Of a stretch of 27,788 nucleotides of DNA, positions 8,307 through 17,345 are shown one piece after another. The notes below the pieces were generated by a model. It worked only from the letters and a program-made list of their open reading frames with translations, was not told the origin of the DNA and did no database searches. Positions within the stretch are counted from its first letter, which is position 1. Every line of letters begins with the position of its first letter. Source of the stretch: Candidatus Sulfobium sp. GTDB taxonomy: Bacteria > Nitrospirota > Thermodesulfovibrionia > Thermodesulfovibrionales > UBA6898. The position numbers and the translations under genes were made by a program. Location: the NCBI GenBank assembly GCA_037380845.1, contig JARRRI010000038.1:740-28527 (forward strand), in the 5' to 3' direction.

Positions 8307-10238
8307 CTAATACGATGGGTAAAGAACAGAGTCGTTATCGGCGTAACCTATTCTAATCGAGGGCGCAGTCTTCGTCGCCGTGTTGTAAAGCATAACGTAA
8401 TAACAACCCTCAGGGTTAGGTGCCGGTATCATTACCGTCTCAAACGATATCGAACTTAAAGAGGCATAAAAGCCGCCAGTCCCGGTCTGCCAGGTACCGG
8501 CCTGCCAAGCCGAATGAATCCTTTTCCAGTCAGCCAGTGTGGGTAAAACACCGTCACAGGTCGCTCCTGCATATCTCACGATCATATCCACATAATGAGA
8601 CCCGTCAGACTGCTTCATATCGGCCATATCGATCATCAATGTATTTGCATTGCCTTGCCCTTTATCACTGTTTTCATTGAAATAGTAATATCTCACCTGT
8701 CCGGAAGAAAAGGAGGTAAAATACTTGCTCCCGTTCTTGATCAGAGTCGCATTACTTGGAACGGAGACCGACGCTACCACTAAAGTGACACTGATCGTCT
8801 TGGTGCCAAGGTCGCTGGAGCTCACAGTGACCGTTCCCCTGTAAGTGCCCGCGGGAAGCGCGCTACTGGCAAACTTGACGGTCAAACCGCCGCTTCCGCT
8901 AGCATTCACCACAGGGGACCTGATCCAGGAGATGGTAGAGCCGACAGCCGTCGTGTAGCTCGCCGAAACACCCGTAACCGTATATGGAACCTGGTTGCCG
9001 CAGTTGTCTTCAATGTTGACCACAGTGTCTGCCGCGTCGCTGCCGGCAATGGAATTAGTTGAAACGGAATAGGGGCTCGAAGCAATCGAAGAAGCGGTAC
9101 AAGACGGAGGAGGGGTATTGCCGTCGTTGACATTTACACTGACTCTGAGAGTAGCGGCTGTCAAGCTGCTATAGGCCCCGGTCCCTTTAATGCTCACGGT
9201 GCCGGAATACTGGCCGGCGCTCAGGCCCGATGCTGTAACTGTGATCGTTCCCGAACCGCTGGACTGCACGCTAAGCCACGAATTTCCGCTTGTTACAGAA
9301 GCAGAATAACTGACAGCCGCTCCGCAGTTATTTGTGACGGAGGTCGTCGCCCTCTGTGACACGTTTGGTACAGCGTTCATGCTCACCGGCCAGACACTGA
9401 TGGACGAGGGAGTACATTGTGAACCTCCCCCTCCGAGGTCCAGGTTCGCGGGGGTCACGCTAAGTCTCACAGTCACCGTTTTGCTTTGCCCCCCTGCCGA
9501 GACGGTTATATTGCCGGTATAAGTTACGTTCGCAATAAGGGAGGTCGTGTTCAGGGTAACAGACAGAGCGCCGCTCTGTTTCGAAAGCTCTATCCAGGTC
9601 TGCGACGACGTTGCACTGAAATCCGGAGCGTGCCCACAGGAGTCCCGAACCGTTAAAGTATCCGACCAGCTCGTCCCCTTTGAGACCGATGCCGATATTG
9701 AAGACTTGTTAAGCACGATACCTGTGCATGAATCCGTGGGGGTCGGTGAAGGAGTCGGTGATGGAGTCGGCGATGGGGCGGGGGCGGACTTTATGTATAT
9801 ATTCCTTGTACTGCACGTTGCCGCATCCGTCAGATGACCATCGAATGTCCCGTCCAGGCACACGTGCAAAACAAACGGGTCCATGCCGGTCGTGTCTTCG
9901 GCCAAAACCCATGGTACATATATATAATCGACCATGGATTCGACCTTGACAACCGGCCCAATCTCCTGGTTGTCAAGGAAAGGCACCCACTGCGTCTCAC
10001 CGTTCAGATAATCTTTGTCCTGCGTATTTATACCCTGCTTCCATATAAAAAGATCTACCGGCTTCGACTGCAGGTCTCCGCCCACAAAGAATAAGGGGAC
10101 TGTCAGCGGGCTGCCTTCGTTTACCGTGATATCATCATTGCAATTGTTGATATATATATCGGCACTCGAAGTCACAGCCATTAAAAAAAGGGTGGCACAG
10201 AAGACAAGTGCAACCGACAAAATCTTCCTGCTTTTCAT
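8307..10238 (-). CDS. Secreted multidomain surface protein: signal peptide, N-domain, Pro/Thr linker, three BACON/Ig-like repeats, PPC-like C-terminal domain
   Basis: Start moved to ATG 10238 (AGGAGG at 10245-10250). Signal MKSRKILSVALVFCATLFLMAVTSSA. Repeats contain 'SW(I/L)...G.LTV......L..G.Y.G.(I/V)T(V/I)'. Very Ser/Thr rich. Confidence 0.8.
   Translation of the reverse strand: MKSRKILSVALVFCATLFLMAVTSSADIYINNCNDDITVNEGSPLTVPLFFVGGDLQSKPVDLFIWKQGINTQDKDYLNGETQWVPFLDNQEIGPVVKVESMVDYIYVPWVLAEDTTGMDPFVLHVCLDGTFDGHLTDAATCSTRNIYIKSAPAPSPTPSPTPSPTPTDSCTGIVLNKSSISASVSKGTSWSDTLTVRDSCGHAPDFSATSSQTWIELSKQSGALSVTLNTTSLIANVTYTGNITVSAGGQSKTVTVRLSVTPANLDLGGGGSQCTPSSISVWPVSMNAVPNVSQRATTSVTNNCGAAVSYSASVTSGNSWLSVQSSGSGTITVTASGLSAGQYSGTVSIKGTGAYSSLTAATLRVSVNVNDGNTPPPSCTASSIASSPYSVSTNSIAGSDAADTVVNIEDNCGNQVPYTVTGVSASYTTAVGSTISWIRSPVVNASGSGGLTVKFASSALPAGTYRGTVTVSSSDLGTKTISVTLVVASVSVPSNATLIKNGSKYFTSFSSGQVRYYYFNENSDKGQGNANTLMIDMADMKQSDGSHYVDMIVRYAGATCDGVLPTLADWKRIHSAWQAGTWQTGTGGFYASLSSISFETVMIPAPNPEGCYYVMLYNTATKTAPSIRIGYADNDSVLYPSY
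9739..9786 (-). repeat. 12-bp tandem repeat encoding the APAP(SPTP)3 linker
   Basis: + strand GGGGTCGGTGAA GGAGTCGGTGAT GGAGTCGGCGAT GGGGCGGGGGCG. Confidence 0.9.
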
Positions 10239-10265
10239 AAGGGACCTCCTGGTTAAATCTATGCC

Positions 10266-10294
10266 ATTATAACAATTCATGCGGACATATTCAA
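10266..10294 (-). promoter_or_regulatory. Sigma70-type promoter of the BACON-repeat gene
   Basis: Minus strand TTGAAT-17 nt-TATAAT with extended -10 TG, about 28 nt upstream of ATG 10238. Confidence 0.7.
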
Positions 10295-10580
10295 TGGCAA
10301 TCGAAATTAAATTTTCTCCATAATTTATTTTGATTATATTGGCGCCGTGCTACAGCGCTTTTTTACCTGCTTTCCGGCCGGAATTCACGCGAGGTGGATG
10401 GCCAAGTCCTTTATTTCAAAGGAAAAGGGTGATGGCAGAGGATTTTCAGGAGATTCCCTCCAGAGAGATTTGCGGGGGGCCGTCGGACTAAGGAGCAAAG
10501 GCAAGCCCAAAAAACTCAAGCTGCCTCATCTGAAAAAAACTGCGGCGGCCAAGACTTGTAGACAGTGTGTGACAAATCCC

Positions 10581-10644
10581 GTCATGCCGGCGAAAGCGGC
10601 CATCCGAAACTTTCGAAAATACCTGATTCCCGTCTACACGGAGA
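10581..10644. repeat. Degenerate REP-like palindrome pair
   Basis: GTCATGCCGGCGAAAGCGGCCATCC (10581-10605) followed by a decayed inverted unit CTGATTCCCGTCTACACGG. Confidence 0.65.
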
Positions 10645-10749
10645 CGCAGGAAACGGCTGAATAACGCCTTCTAATGCCTGGAACTGGTAACCGGCTAAAA
10701 AATACCATGCTATTTGATTTATTGCCCTTCTTTGCACAAAGCTTTCCGA

Positions 10750-10790
10750 AGAAAACGGGGAAGCGGATCATTTGTCCGCTTCCCCGTTTC
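10750..10790 (-). terminator. Intrinsic terminator after the S-layer-like gene
   Basis: Perfect 15-bp stem AAACGGGGAAGCGGA (10753-10767) / TCCGCTTCCCCGTTT (10775-10789), 7-nt loop, TTTTCTT tail on the minus strand, 25 nt past the stop. Confidence 0.85.
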
Positions 10791-10814
10791 TCTGCAAAAA
10801 ATGCCTTACCTAGT

Positions 10815-12284
10815 TCACTGAACTGCGATATAATTCGTCTTGAACTTACCAGGCAGCATATGCGTCAAGCCACCTTCGATATATCCCTGCAGCTCATACG
10901 TGATCACAGGAAGTCCCTGCATTGTCACGCTGTTGATGGTGGTGCCGGTGTTTGTAGCGGGAGAAACCTGCAGCCAGCCGAAATTGAAGCCCGCAGGGGC
11001 CTGGAGGTTGAACTGCACCAGGTTCGAATCTACGAGAGGCTCGGCGTTCTGACCAATCACAATGAGGTTGACCTCATCACACTTGAAGAGTTTTGCGGTC
11101 TCACCCGGAGAGAAGCCCGTTGTCGTCGTCGGTTTCTGCTCGGCATCGTTCCAGATGACCGGACCGACTTCCACACACCTGCCACTGTCGGACGGAGTCG
11201 TCACGTCTGTTCTGCACGACGAACCCACCATTGTGCCAACAGCACCGTTATCAGCTATACATGCATCCGGATTAAACGGATTTTGAGCTCCCAAATCCGT
11301 AATCGACCACCTCTTGGTCGGAAAAGTCTCAACGAGGGTTGACGCGGCGGCGAACACTGACTGGATGTCATACATAAAGTCCTCTTCAGACTGCGTCAGC
11401 GCAAAGTTCACCTCGTCGATGCTCGTGCCGTTTAAGTTGTTGTCCGTTCCACTGGAGAGCCTCGGAGGATCTTCCGTCCCAAGACCCGGGGATGCAATGA
11501 CAGTCCTGGTGAAATCGGCAAGGGCGGTCGCGTTGTAAGCATAGGTTCCGCCGTTAACAAAATTATACGCCGTACCCATCAGCGAGTTCGGGGGCGTAAC
11601 AAGCTCCGGTATTGTGAAATTCGAAGGCGCCTGTTGCAGACCGAGCACTGCGGCGCACTCGTCAGGAGTTTCAACCACCTTGGCCGCGCCCGGTGTATCG
11701 CGCCATGCATTTACGGCGATGATTCCCAGATAGCCTTCCTTCGTGTCATCAGCGGACACTGAGGGGGCAGCTCCGGTAGCACTGTAATGCAGCGGTACCG
11801 AAACGAGACTGGAAAGGTCGTCGGCGAAATTATTCGTGGCATCATTGTCACCGTTCGGATCCGGGAAAGTCGGTGTGTCGTTATCATACCAGATGAGCTG
11901 CGCCGGATTGGCGGAATTACCGTCCCCTACAATCCATCCTGACCATTCATCTCCTGCGCTCAGGCAAATGAAGAAGTCAAGAGTTTCATTACTATCAGCA
12001 CCCTCTCTGAACCTCACCTTGGCGGAAACGCCAAAAGACGTGCTCGTATTGACCACCTTGATGAAGTCGAGCGCGTTGCGAGCATTGTAATACCCGTAAA
12101 TCAGTGCCTGACCCTGACCCGCCGGATTGACATAAACATCTGTGGGCGGCGTGACAAAAGAATCAGTGACTCTCTTTGAAGCAAGCCCGTTCACCAAGCC
12201 TTCGGCAGCTTCACTTTTCACGGGCAGGCCGAAGCCTAACATCACAATAGCCAGAACTAATATAAGTAAGCCTCTTCTTATCAT
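10815..12284 (-). CDS. Secreted acidic cell-surface protein, probable S-layer subunit
   Basis: Signal peptide MIRRGLLILVLAIVMLGFGLPVKSEA; strong RBS AAAGGAGG; own terminator; A/T/G/N/D rich. Motifs VNP.G.GQALIY.YY, KVRFRE...S.E.LDF.I.LS..D.W, TFPTK, EVN.I, GW, GLPV recall proteobacterial 'cell surface protein'/S-layer sequences (from memory, not searched). Confidence 0.65.
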   Translation of the reverse strand: MIRRGLLILVLAIVMLGFGLPVKSEAAEGLVNGLASKRVTDSFVTPPTDVYVNPAGQGQALIYGYYNARNALDFIKVVNTSTSFGVSAKVRFREGADSNETLDFFICLSAGDEWSGWIVGDGNSANPAQLIWYDNDTPTFPDPNGDNDATNNFADDLSSLVSVPLHYSATGAAPSVSADDTKEGYLGIIAVNAWRDTPGAAKVVETPDECAAVLGLQQAPSNFTIPELVTPPNSLMGTAYNFVNGGTYAYNATALADFTRTVIASPGLGTEDPPRLSSGTDNNLNGTSIDEVNFALTQSEEDFMYDIQSVFAAASTLVETFPTKRWSITDLGAQNPFNPDACIADNGAVGTMVGSSCRTDVTTPSDSGRCVEVGPVIWNDAEQKPTTTTGFSPGETAKLFKCDEVNLIVIGQNAEPLVDSNLVQFNLQAPAGFNFGWLQVSPATNTGTTINSVTMQGLPVITYELQGYIEGGLTHMLPGKFKTNYIAVQ

Positions 12285-12396
12285 TTCTCCTCCTTTTATC
12301 GCGGCACTTTTTTGCCAGCCACACTGGCAATATTAAAATCTATCTTAATTGATGAGACAAAATTCCTCCCAGCGATCACCACCTCCTTTTCCTTTT

Positions 12397-12879
12397 CTAA
12401 TTTCCTGGGTGAGGTATAAATTGTTCGAAAACATGGTACCACTGACCCTCAAGCCTCACCCACTGCTCATTTACAAACATGTCATGTACAAATGGTTTAG
12501 CACCCGGAATCTTGTACTCTCCATTTACCTTGACCCTTACCTCCGCATGATCTTCGTCCTCTTTATCTATTTTCACAACCTCGAAGTCCCTGTACTTCAC
12601 CATCGGATTTCCCGATCTTTTGATGTAATTTACTAAGCTTATTTTCTCTCTATAAAGTGGAGACTCAAAGATGTACGACCTGTCATATTCCCCTCGGCTC
12701 CTGAATCCCCAATAAGCAACCACTCTCTCTCTCAACGCCTCCTCGTCAGATACTTTCTTTACTGCACCTTTTGTAGCACATCCACTCGAAATAATCAACC
12801 CAAAAAAACCTATGCAAATCGCTGCTACCGATACCGAAAAAAAGCGTTTATATTTTCTCAATCTGAAATCAAGTTCCAA
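12397..12879 (-). CDS. Small lipoprotein, possibly NTF2-like fold
   Basis: Basic N-terminus, hydrophobic stretch, lipobox-like ISSG-C; then EEALRERVVAYW...Y.F..P.YR...EQWVRLEGQWY. TTG start is uncertain. Confidence 0.7.
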   Translation of the reverse strand: MELDFRLRKYKRFFSVSVAAICIGFFGLIISSGCATKGAVKKVSDEEALRERVVAYWGFRSRGEYDRSYIFESPLYREKISLVNYIKRSGNPMVKYRDFEVVKIDKEDEDHAEVRVKVNGEYKIPGAKPFVHDMFVNEQWVRLEGQWYHVFEQFIPHPGN

Positions 12880-12890
12880 AGTTTTAAAAA

Positions 12891-12919
12891 ACTATACTAA
12901 AAGATTCCCAATAAGTCAA
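12891..12919 (-). promoter_or_regulatory. Sigma70-type promoter upstream of the lipoprotein/S-layer genes
   Basis: Minus strand TTGACT-17 nt-TATAGT. Confidence 0.65.
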
Positions 12920-12972
12920 GCATTTTAAAAGCTCTAAAAGCAAAACCGGACGGTCTAAATTATAATACATAT

Positions 12973-12988
12973 AGCAAGATTCCTGCCA
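12973..12988 (-). promoter_or_regulatory. Sigma54 (-24/-12) promoter upstream of the lipoprotein/S-layer genes
   Basis: Minus strand TGGCAGG-AATC-TTGCT versus consensus TGGCACG-N4-TTGC(A/T); exact GG-N10-GC spacing. Confidence 0.7.
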
Positions 12989-13123
12989 GCCCTCCATATG
13001 TTCCATCTTGTCGTTAACGACCCGAATATCCATGTTTTTCGAAGGCAGGAATAAAACGTTTTGATGTACAGTGTGTCTCTGCCTCCACACGTCGTGTATA
13101 ATATTTGCAACAAGAAGACCATC

Positions 13124-15164
13124 CTAAGGGCTAACCGCCGGGGCTATCGCCGGGTGCGGACTGTCCTTTCTTTGTTCTGTTCCGTTTTGTTCGTCCTCTG
13201 TACGTTTCGGTCCATGTATGAACTTGTCTATCTCCTTGTCTTTGGTTTCCTCCTTATACCGATTGATATAACGCGATGTAACGTCCTGCGCCTCCTTCTG
13301 GTTCCGAACAACGTGAGGGGTAAGCAGGATGATCAGCTCTGTTCTGATATCCGAGTCAGATGTATTTCCGAAAAGATATCCCAGAATTGGTATCCTGCTC
13401 AAAAAGGGTATGCCATTTCTTCCATGGCTCTTGTCCTGTCTTATTAGGCCGCCGATAACGATGGTCTCGCCATCCTGGGCAACAAGATTAGACTGGGCCT
13501 CGGTCTTGTCAATCGTTACCTCGTCCTGGCCTGCTATCGACACGGGGGTCCCGATCTGCGAGATCTCCTGGGAGAAATCAAGATTGATCAGCCCGCTGTC
13601 ATTCACCTGTGGCTTTACCTTGAGGATAATGCCGATATCTTTATACTGAATTGTTGATGTAGTTGTAGTCGAGACCGTTGTGCCCGTGCCTATCGGCGTG
13701 TTAGTCTGTGAAGTAGCGAGAGGGACCTGGCTACCGATCTGGATACTCGCCTCTTTATTGTCAGATACCATGATGTGTGGAGCCGCCACGACATTTACGT
13801 TGGACCGGTCTTGAAGAGCAGTAAGCACCGCTCTCACATTGTCGGTTGGATCGAGGCCTATAAAGGTAAACCCTTCAGAGGGAATCGGGTTCGACTGAAT
13901 GTCGAGATTGCCCGGATTCTGCCCCATCTGGCTGTTGAGATTAATATCCCTTTTGAAAGGATGCAACTTCAGGTCTGTCTTCAGAGACCAGGAAAGACCG
14001 AAACTCAGGTTGTCTGTCAGCTTCACCGAGACTATCAGCGCTTCAATAACGACCTGCCTCGGCGGTATGTCGATCTTGGCTATCGCATCCTTGATAATTT
14101 CGTAATCGTCCGGGGTGGCCATTATGATAAGTGAATTCGTGACCTCGTCAGGGATTATCTTCGTGACGTCCGAAACCATTGTGCCGGTCCCCCCCTCGGC
14201 CGTAAAGACCTGCGGCTGCGGGGTGGGGACCGGCTTCTGCCCCGGTATAGTTCTCCTTGCAGGAGTAGTCACAGGCGTCTTTGTAGAAGTTGTCGGCTTG
14301 GCGCCCAGAAATATCTGCTGGAGGAGGTTCGCAACGTCCTTGGCCTTTCCGTTCTGTATCGGATATACGAAGACCCTCGGTGTTATGGCCTTCAACTCTT
14401 CACTATCGAAAAGACTTACGAGTTGAAGCAGCCGTCTGACGTTACTGTCGGTATCCACGATAACAATATAGTTGCTGTTCGGAACGTCTACGATGACAGC
14501 ATTCTTCGACAGAAAAGGCGTCAGCACCCGCACCATCTCTGATGACTGTATGTATTTGATCTGAACCACCTGCACCAGCGCCTTTCCGGTTATCTTTACC
14601 TTATTCGGGTCCCTCCCGACCGCGACGGGAGCAGGCTCTTTCGATATATCGGCTATGGGGATTATCCTGTATAGCCCCCCCTCCTCGACAATGCCGATGC
14701 CGTTAAGCCGGAGTATCACCTCCATCAGAGGCAGAACGTCTTTTTTTGCTACGGGTTCGACAGACCTGAAAGTTACCCTCCCCTTGACCGCGGGGTCGAT
14801 CACATAGTTCACCCTCAGGACGTCCCCAAAAATAGTCTGGATAACGGAATATACGTCCGCATCGTCGAAATTGAAACTCACCGCCCCCCGCGGCTGAGCA
14901 GGAGGCGCCTGGGGCTGCAACGGCTGCTGTTTAGGCTGCGCCGGTGGCGGCGTCTGCTGGGCTTTCGCCGGTGTCGGCATGGCCTCGGGCTTCGGCGCGG
15001 CAGGCGGAAAGAGCCGGGGTTGAGGCTTGGGCTGTTCCGTCTTTGGTGCCGTGGCTGTGCTGTCGGAGGTTGCGCCTTGGGTTGTACAGACGGTGGCGGT
15101 GTCGGCGTGGGCTGTGCGGCCTGCTGGGCCATCATAACTGCCGCTGCCAACCCTCTCCCGTCAT
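13124..15164 (-). CDS. gspD: Type II secretion secretin GspD; main ORF 13124-14980, 5' end apparently frameshifted
   Basis: N0 VSFNFDDAD...NYVIDP.VKGRVT, N-domains, secretin core QVVIEALIV.V, P.I...DN.EA.I.IG..VP, Y.D.GI.L.V.P, GETIVIGGLI, GIPFLS.IPILG.LF, RTELII..TP. RBS AAAGAGGT plus ATG at 15164 is out of frame with the main ORF. Confidence 0.9.
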
Positions 15165-15194
15165 AAAATACCTCTTTAAATATCAGGCAAGTTA

Positions 15195-15223
15195 AGAATA
15201 ATTTATTTGGGGGACTATGTCAA
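15195..15223 (-). promoter_or_regulatory. Sigma70-type promoter of gspD
   Basis: Minus strand TTGACA-17 nt-TATTCT, 30 nt upstream of ATG 15164. Confidence 0.7.
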
Positions 15224-15311
15224 GAAACGGACGGGGGAGAGGTTATTCCTTCGTCAATCTATTTACTGGGCAAGCGCTCGTAAATTGAGCACCATTCTGT
15301 CGCTCCTTCCT

Positions 15312-15430
15312 AGCCGGAATGACCCGACCCTTCACGGGCAACTTTCAGGGAAAGAAGGATCCCGACCTGCATGCCAGCAGGCAGGCGCGAAGCCTGTCCC
15401 GGCTTGTTCGGGGCTTGCGGGAATAACAAA
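15312..15430. repeat. REP-like units with nested small palindromes
   Basis: AGCCGGAATGAC (15312-15323); AAGAAGGATCCCGA...GCGGGAATAACAAA interrupted by near-palindrome CCTGCATGCCAGCAGGCAGG (15366-15385) and by CCTGTCCCGGCTTGTTCGGGG. Confidence 0.6.
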
Positions 15431-15473
15431 CTGTGAGGCTTTTCTTACGACAGTTCTGGTAAGGCTCTAATAT

Positions 15474-17345
15474 TCACTTCCTTGAACTGTCAAGTTTTGC
15501 TATCGCATCGAACCACAGATTTTTCCTGACCTCATCGGAGTCATACAAGGTCAACGCGTTACGATCATAAATGAAGTCGGCGCCATCAGAATTCTCATCG
15601 CCTGAAACTGAATTGTACTGAAGATGCCATCCGATTTCCTTTTCTTTCTTGTCAAAACGGCCAATTCTGTCCCTGAAAATCTTCTTGAGGCCGTGCTCCC
15701 GGCTTCTGATCGGGAAATGCATCGTGATGAACCTGACAGGAAAGATGCGCCTCCCCTCGAAAGCGACCATATGGCCTGCCGTACTGGCCAGATCGATCGT
15801 CTGTCCCAGGTTTTTCCATCCCTTCACCTGCATACTGTCAAAATCCTCGGCCAGCTCGTAATACTTCAAATATTTCCTCACATCGTCTCCTGCCACATAA
15901 GAATCATCAGTCGGCCTGAAGTTCAGCACATTAAAATCGATCGCGTTGTAGCCCAGACTGTCCGCAATGCGAATTCCTTCTTTCAATCCCATACCCGGCC
16001 ACGGCGCCTCACGGAATTCATCCACATCATAATGCATATACCAGTCGGCATCCAGCTCGCCGTGAAGCTGCTCCACCCTCTTTGTAATGAATCGCAGGGC
16101 AAAGGTATTGACAAAATCTTCGGAAAACCCGCTTTCCTGGGGAAATTTCTCTATGCGCAGTAACCCTTTTCCAAGCCATTTTGAAGCCTCGTCGACTGTC
16201 TTGTCGGTTGAATTATGGTCCATGAGATAGACAAAGATCCCGTTTTCGATCAGATGCTTCAGGGAATGGTAGATGATGTCTTCCTCATTGTACACACACA
16301 TGATGGCAATGATCCTGAAATCATCGCTCCCGCGTTGCACAGGCCGTCTGGCGCTGCCCGAGGACTCCGCGGCGGCCGCCTCCATAAAGCCCTTCAGCTT
16401 ACATGCCCGGAGTGCTTCCCAGTATGCCTGATGGAGCAGCCTGAGTGTAACTTCGTCAAGATCAAAGCCTGACTTGAGTTTAAGGTTGGCGATTCTGTCC
16501 AGTTCACGGGCGGCACGCATAATTTCACCAAAACGTCCCCGAATATTGTCCCAGTTCTCAGCAGCACCCGGGACTTCACACCATTCCTGGACGCCCGGGT
16601 CGTCATGCATCCTGCTGCATGCAAAGTTGGACCTCCCCTGCTTCATCAGTCTCCGGCAGAAGCCGTCGAAATCCACCGGCCTCGTCATATAAGCGACGGC
16701 GTTAGCGTTGTAAACAATCCTGAGGCCCTGTTTCGACAGCCGGTATCCCAGCTCCGTGTCCTCGTTGCCGAACCGGAAAGCCGGGTTGAAAACACCATGG
16801 TCGATCAGGAAAGACCGCTTACATGAGGTACGCCCTCCCCAAAAATTCCTGTAATCGAGGATATCGCCGTGTTTGATATAGCGATAGGCAAAGAGAAAGC
16901 ACCCTATGTCGGTCATAAAATGCATAACCGGCGTCACAGAGACCTCGGGAGACCAGGCCGTGTGATGCAATACGGCATAATTATCTTTTGGGTATTTGCG
17001 ATGAGTCTTAACATGTTCTTCGAGAAGACCCGGGGTGGCAATGTCATCATCGTCAAGAAAAAGCAGGATCTTCCCCTGAGCAGTATATATGCCGTGATTC
17101 CTCGCCGAGGCAAGGCCGGCGTTATTCTGATGGAAGTACTTCAGAGGAAGAGTATCTGAGAACGACGCGGCAACCTCCGAAGTATTATCGGCGGAGCCGT
17201 CGTCAATAACGATCACCTCAAACTCATCCCGCGAAAGAGTTTGTTTGACGAGAGCCTCCAGTGCCTCCTTCAGCAACTCGGCCCGGTTATAAGTGGAAAT
17301 GATAACGCTGAGAAATCGAGATTTCTCCGGAGTTGCGCTCTTCAA
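15474..17345 (-). CDS. Two-domain GT2 glycosyltransferase
   Basis: Domain 1: SVIISTYNR, VIDDGS, N.G...ARN.G, LFLDDD, ED.ELGYRL. Domain 2: IIAIMCVYNEEDII, DHNSTD, DW....DVDEF. 4-nt overlap with the upstream gene. Confidence 0.9.
   Translation of the reverse strand: MKSATPEKSRFLSVIISTYNRAELLKEALEALVKQTLSRDEFEVIVIDDGSADNTSEVAASFSDTLPLKYFHQNNAGLASARNHGIYTAQGKILLFLDDDDIATPGLLEEHVKTHRKYPKDNYAVLHHTAWSPEVSVTPVMHFMTDIGCFLFAYRYIKHGDILDYRNFWGGRTSCKRSFLIDHGVFNPAFRFGNEDTELGYRLSKQGLRIVYNANAVAYMTRPVDFDGFCRRLMKQGRSNFACSRMHDDPGVQEWCEVPGAAENWDNIRGRFGEIMRAARELDRIANLKLKSGFDLDEVTLRLLHQAYWEALRACKLKGFMEAAAAESSGSARRPVQRGSDDFRIIAIMCVYNEEDIIYHSLKHLIENGIFVYLMDHNSTDKTVDEASKWLGKGLLRIEKFPQESGFSEDFVNTFALRFITKRVEQLHGELDADWYMHYDVDEFREAPWPGMGLKEGIRIADSLGYNAIDFNVLNFRPTDDSYVAGDDVRKYLKYYELAEDFDSMQVKGWKNLGQTIDLASTAGHMVAFEGRRIFPVRFITMHFPIRSREHGLKKIFRDRIGRFDKKEKEIGWHLQYNSVSGDENSDGADFIYDRNALTLYDSDEVRKNLWFDAIAKLDSSRK

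Noticed and set aside
10347..11342. 105-aa and 222-aa plus-strand ORFs
   Set aside because: They cross a REP unit, a terminator and the antisense of the S-layer-like gene; composition is not protein-like.
8307..12284. PEP-CTERM or autotransporter sorting signals on the surface proteins
   Set aside because: Neither protein ends in a PEP-TM-basic tail or a beta-barrel with terminal Phe.
14878..15150. 90-aa ORF as a separate gene
   Set aside because: Better explained as a frameshifted piece of the gspD N-terminus.
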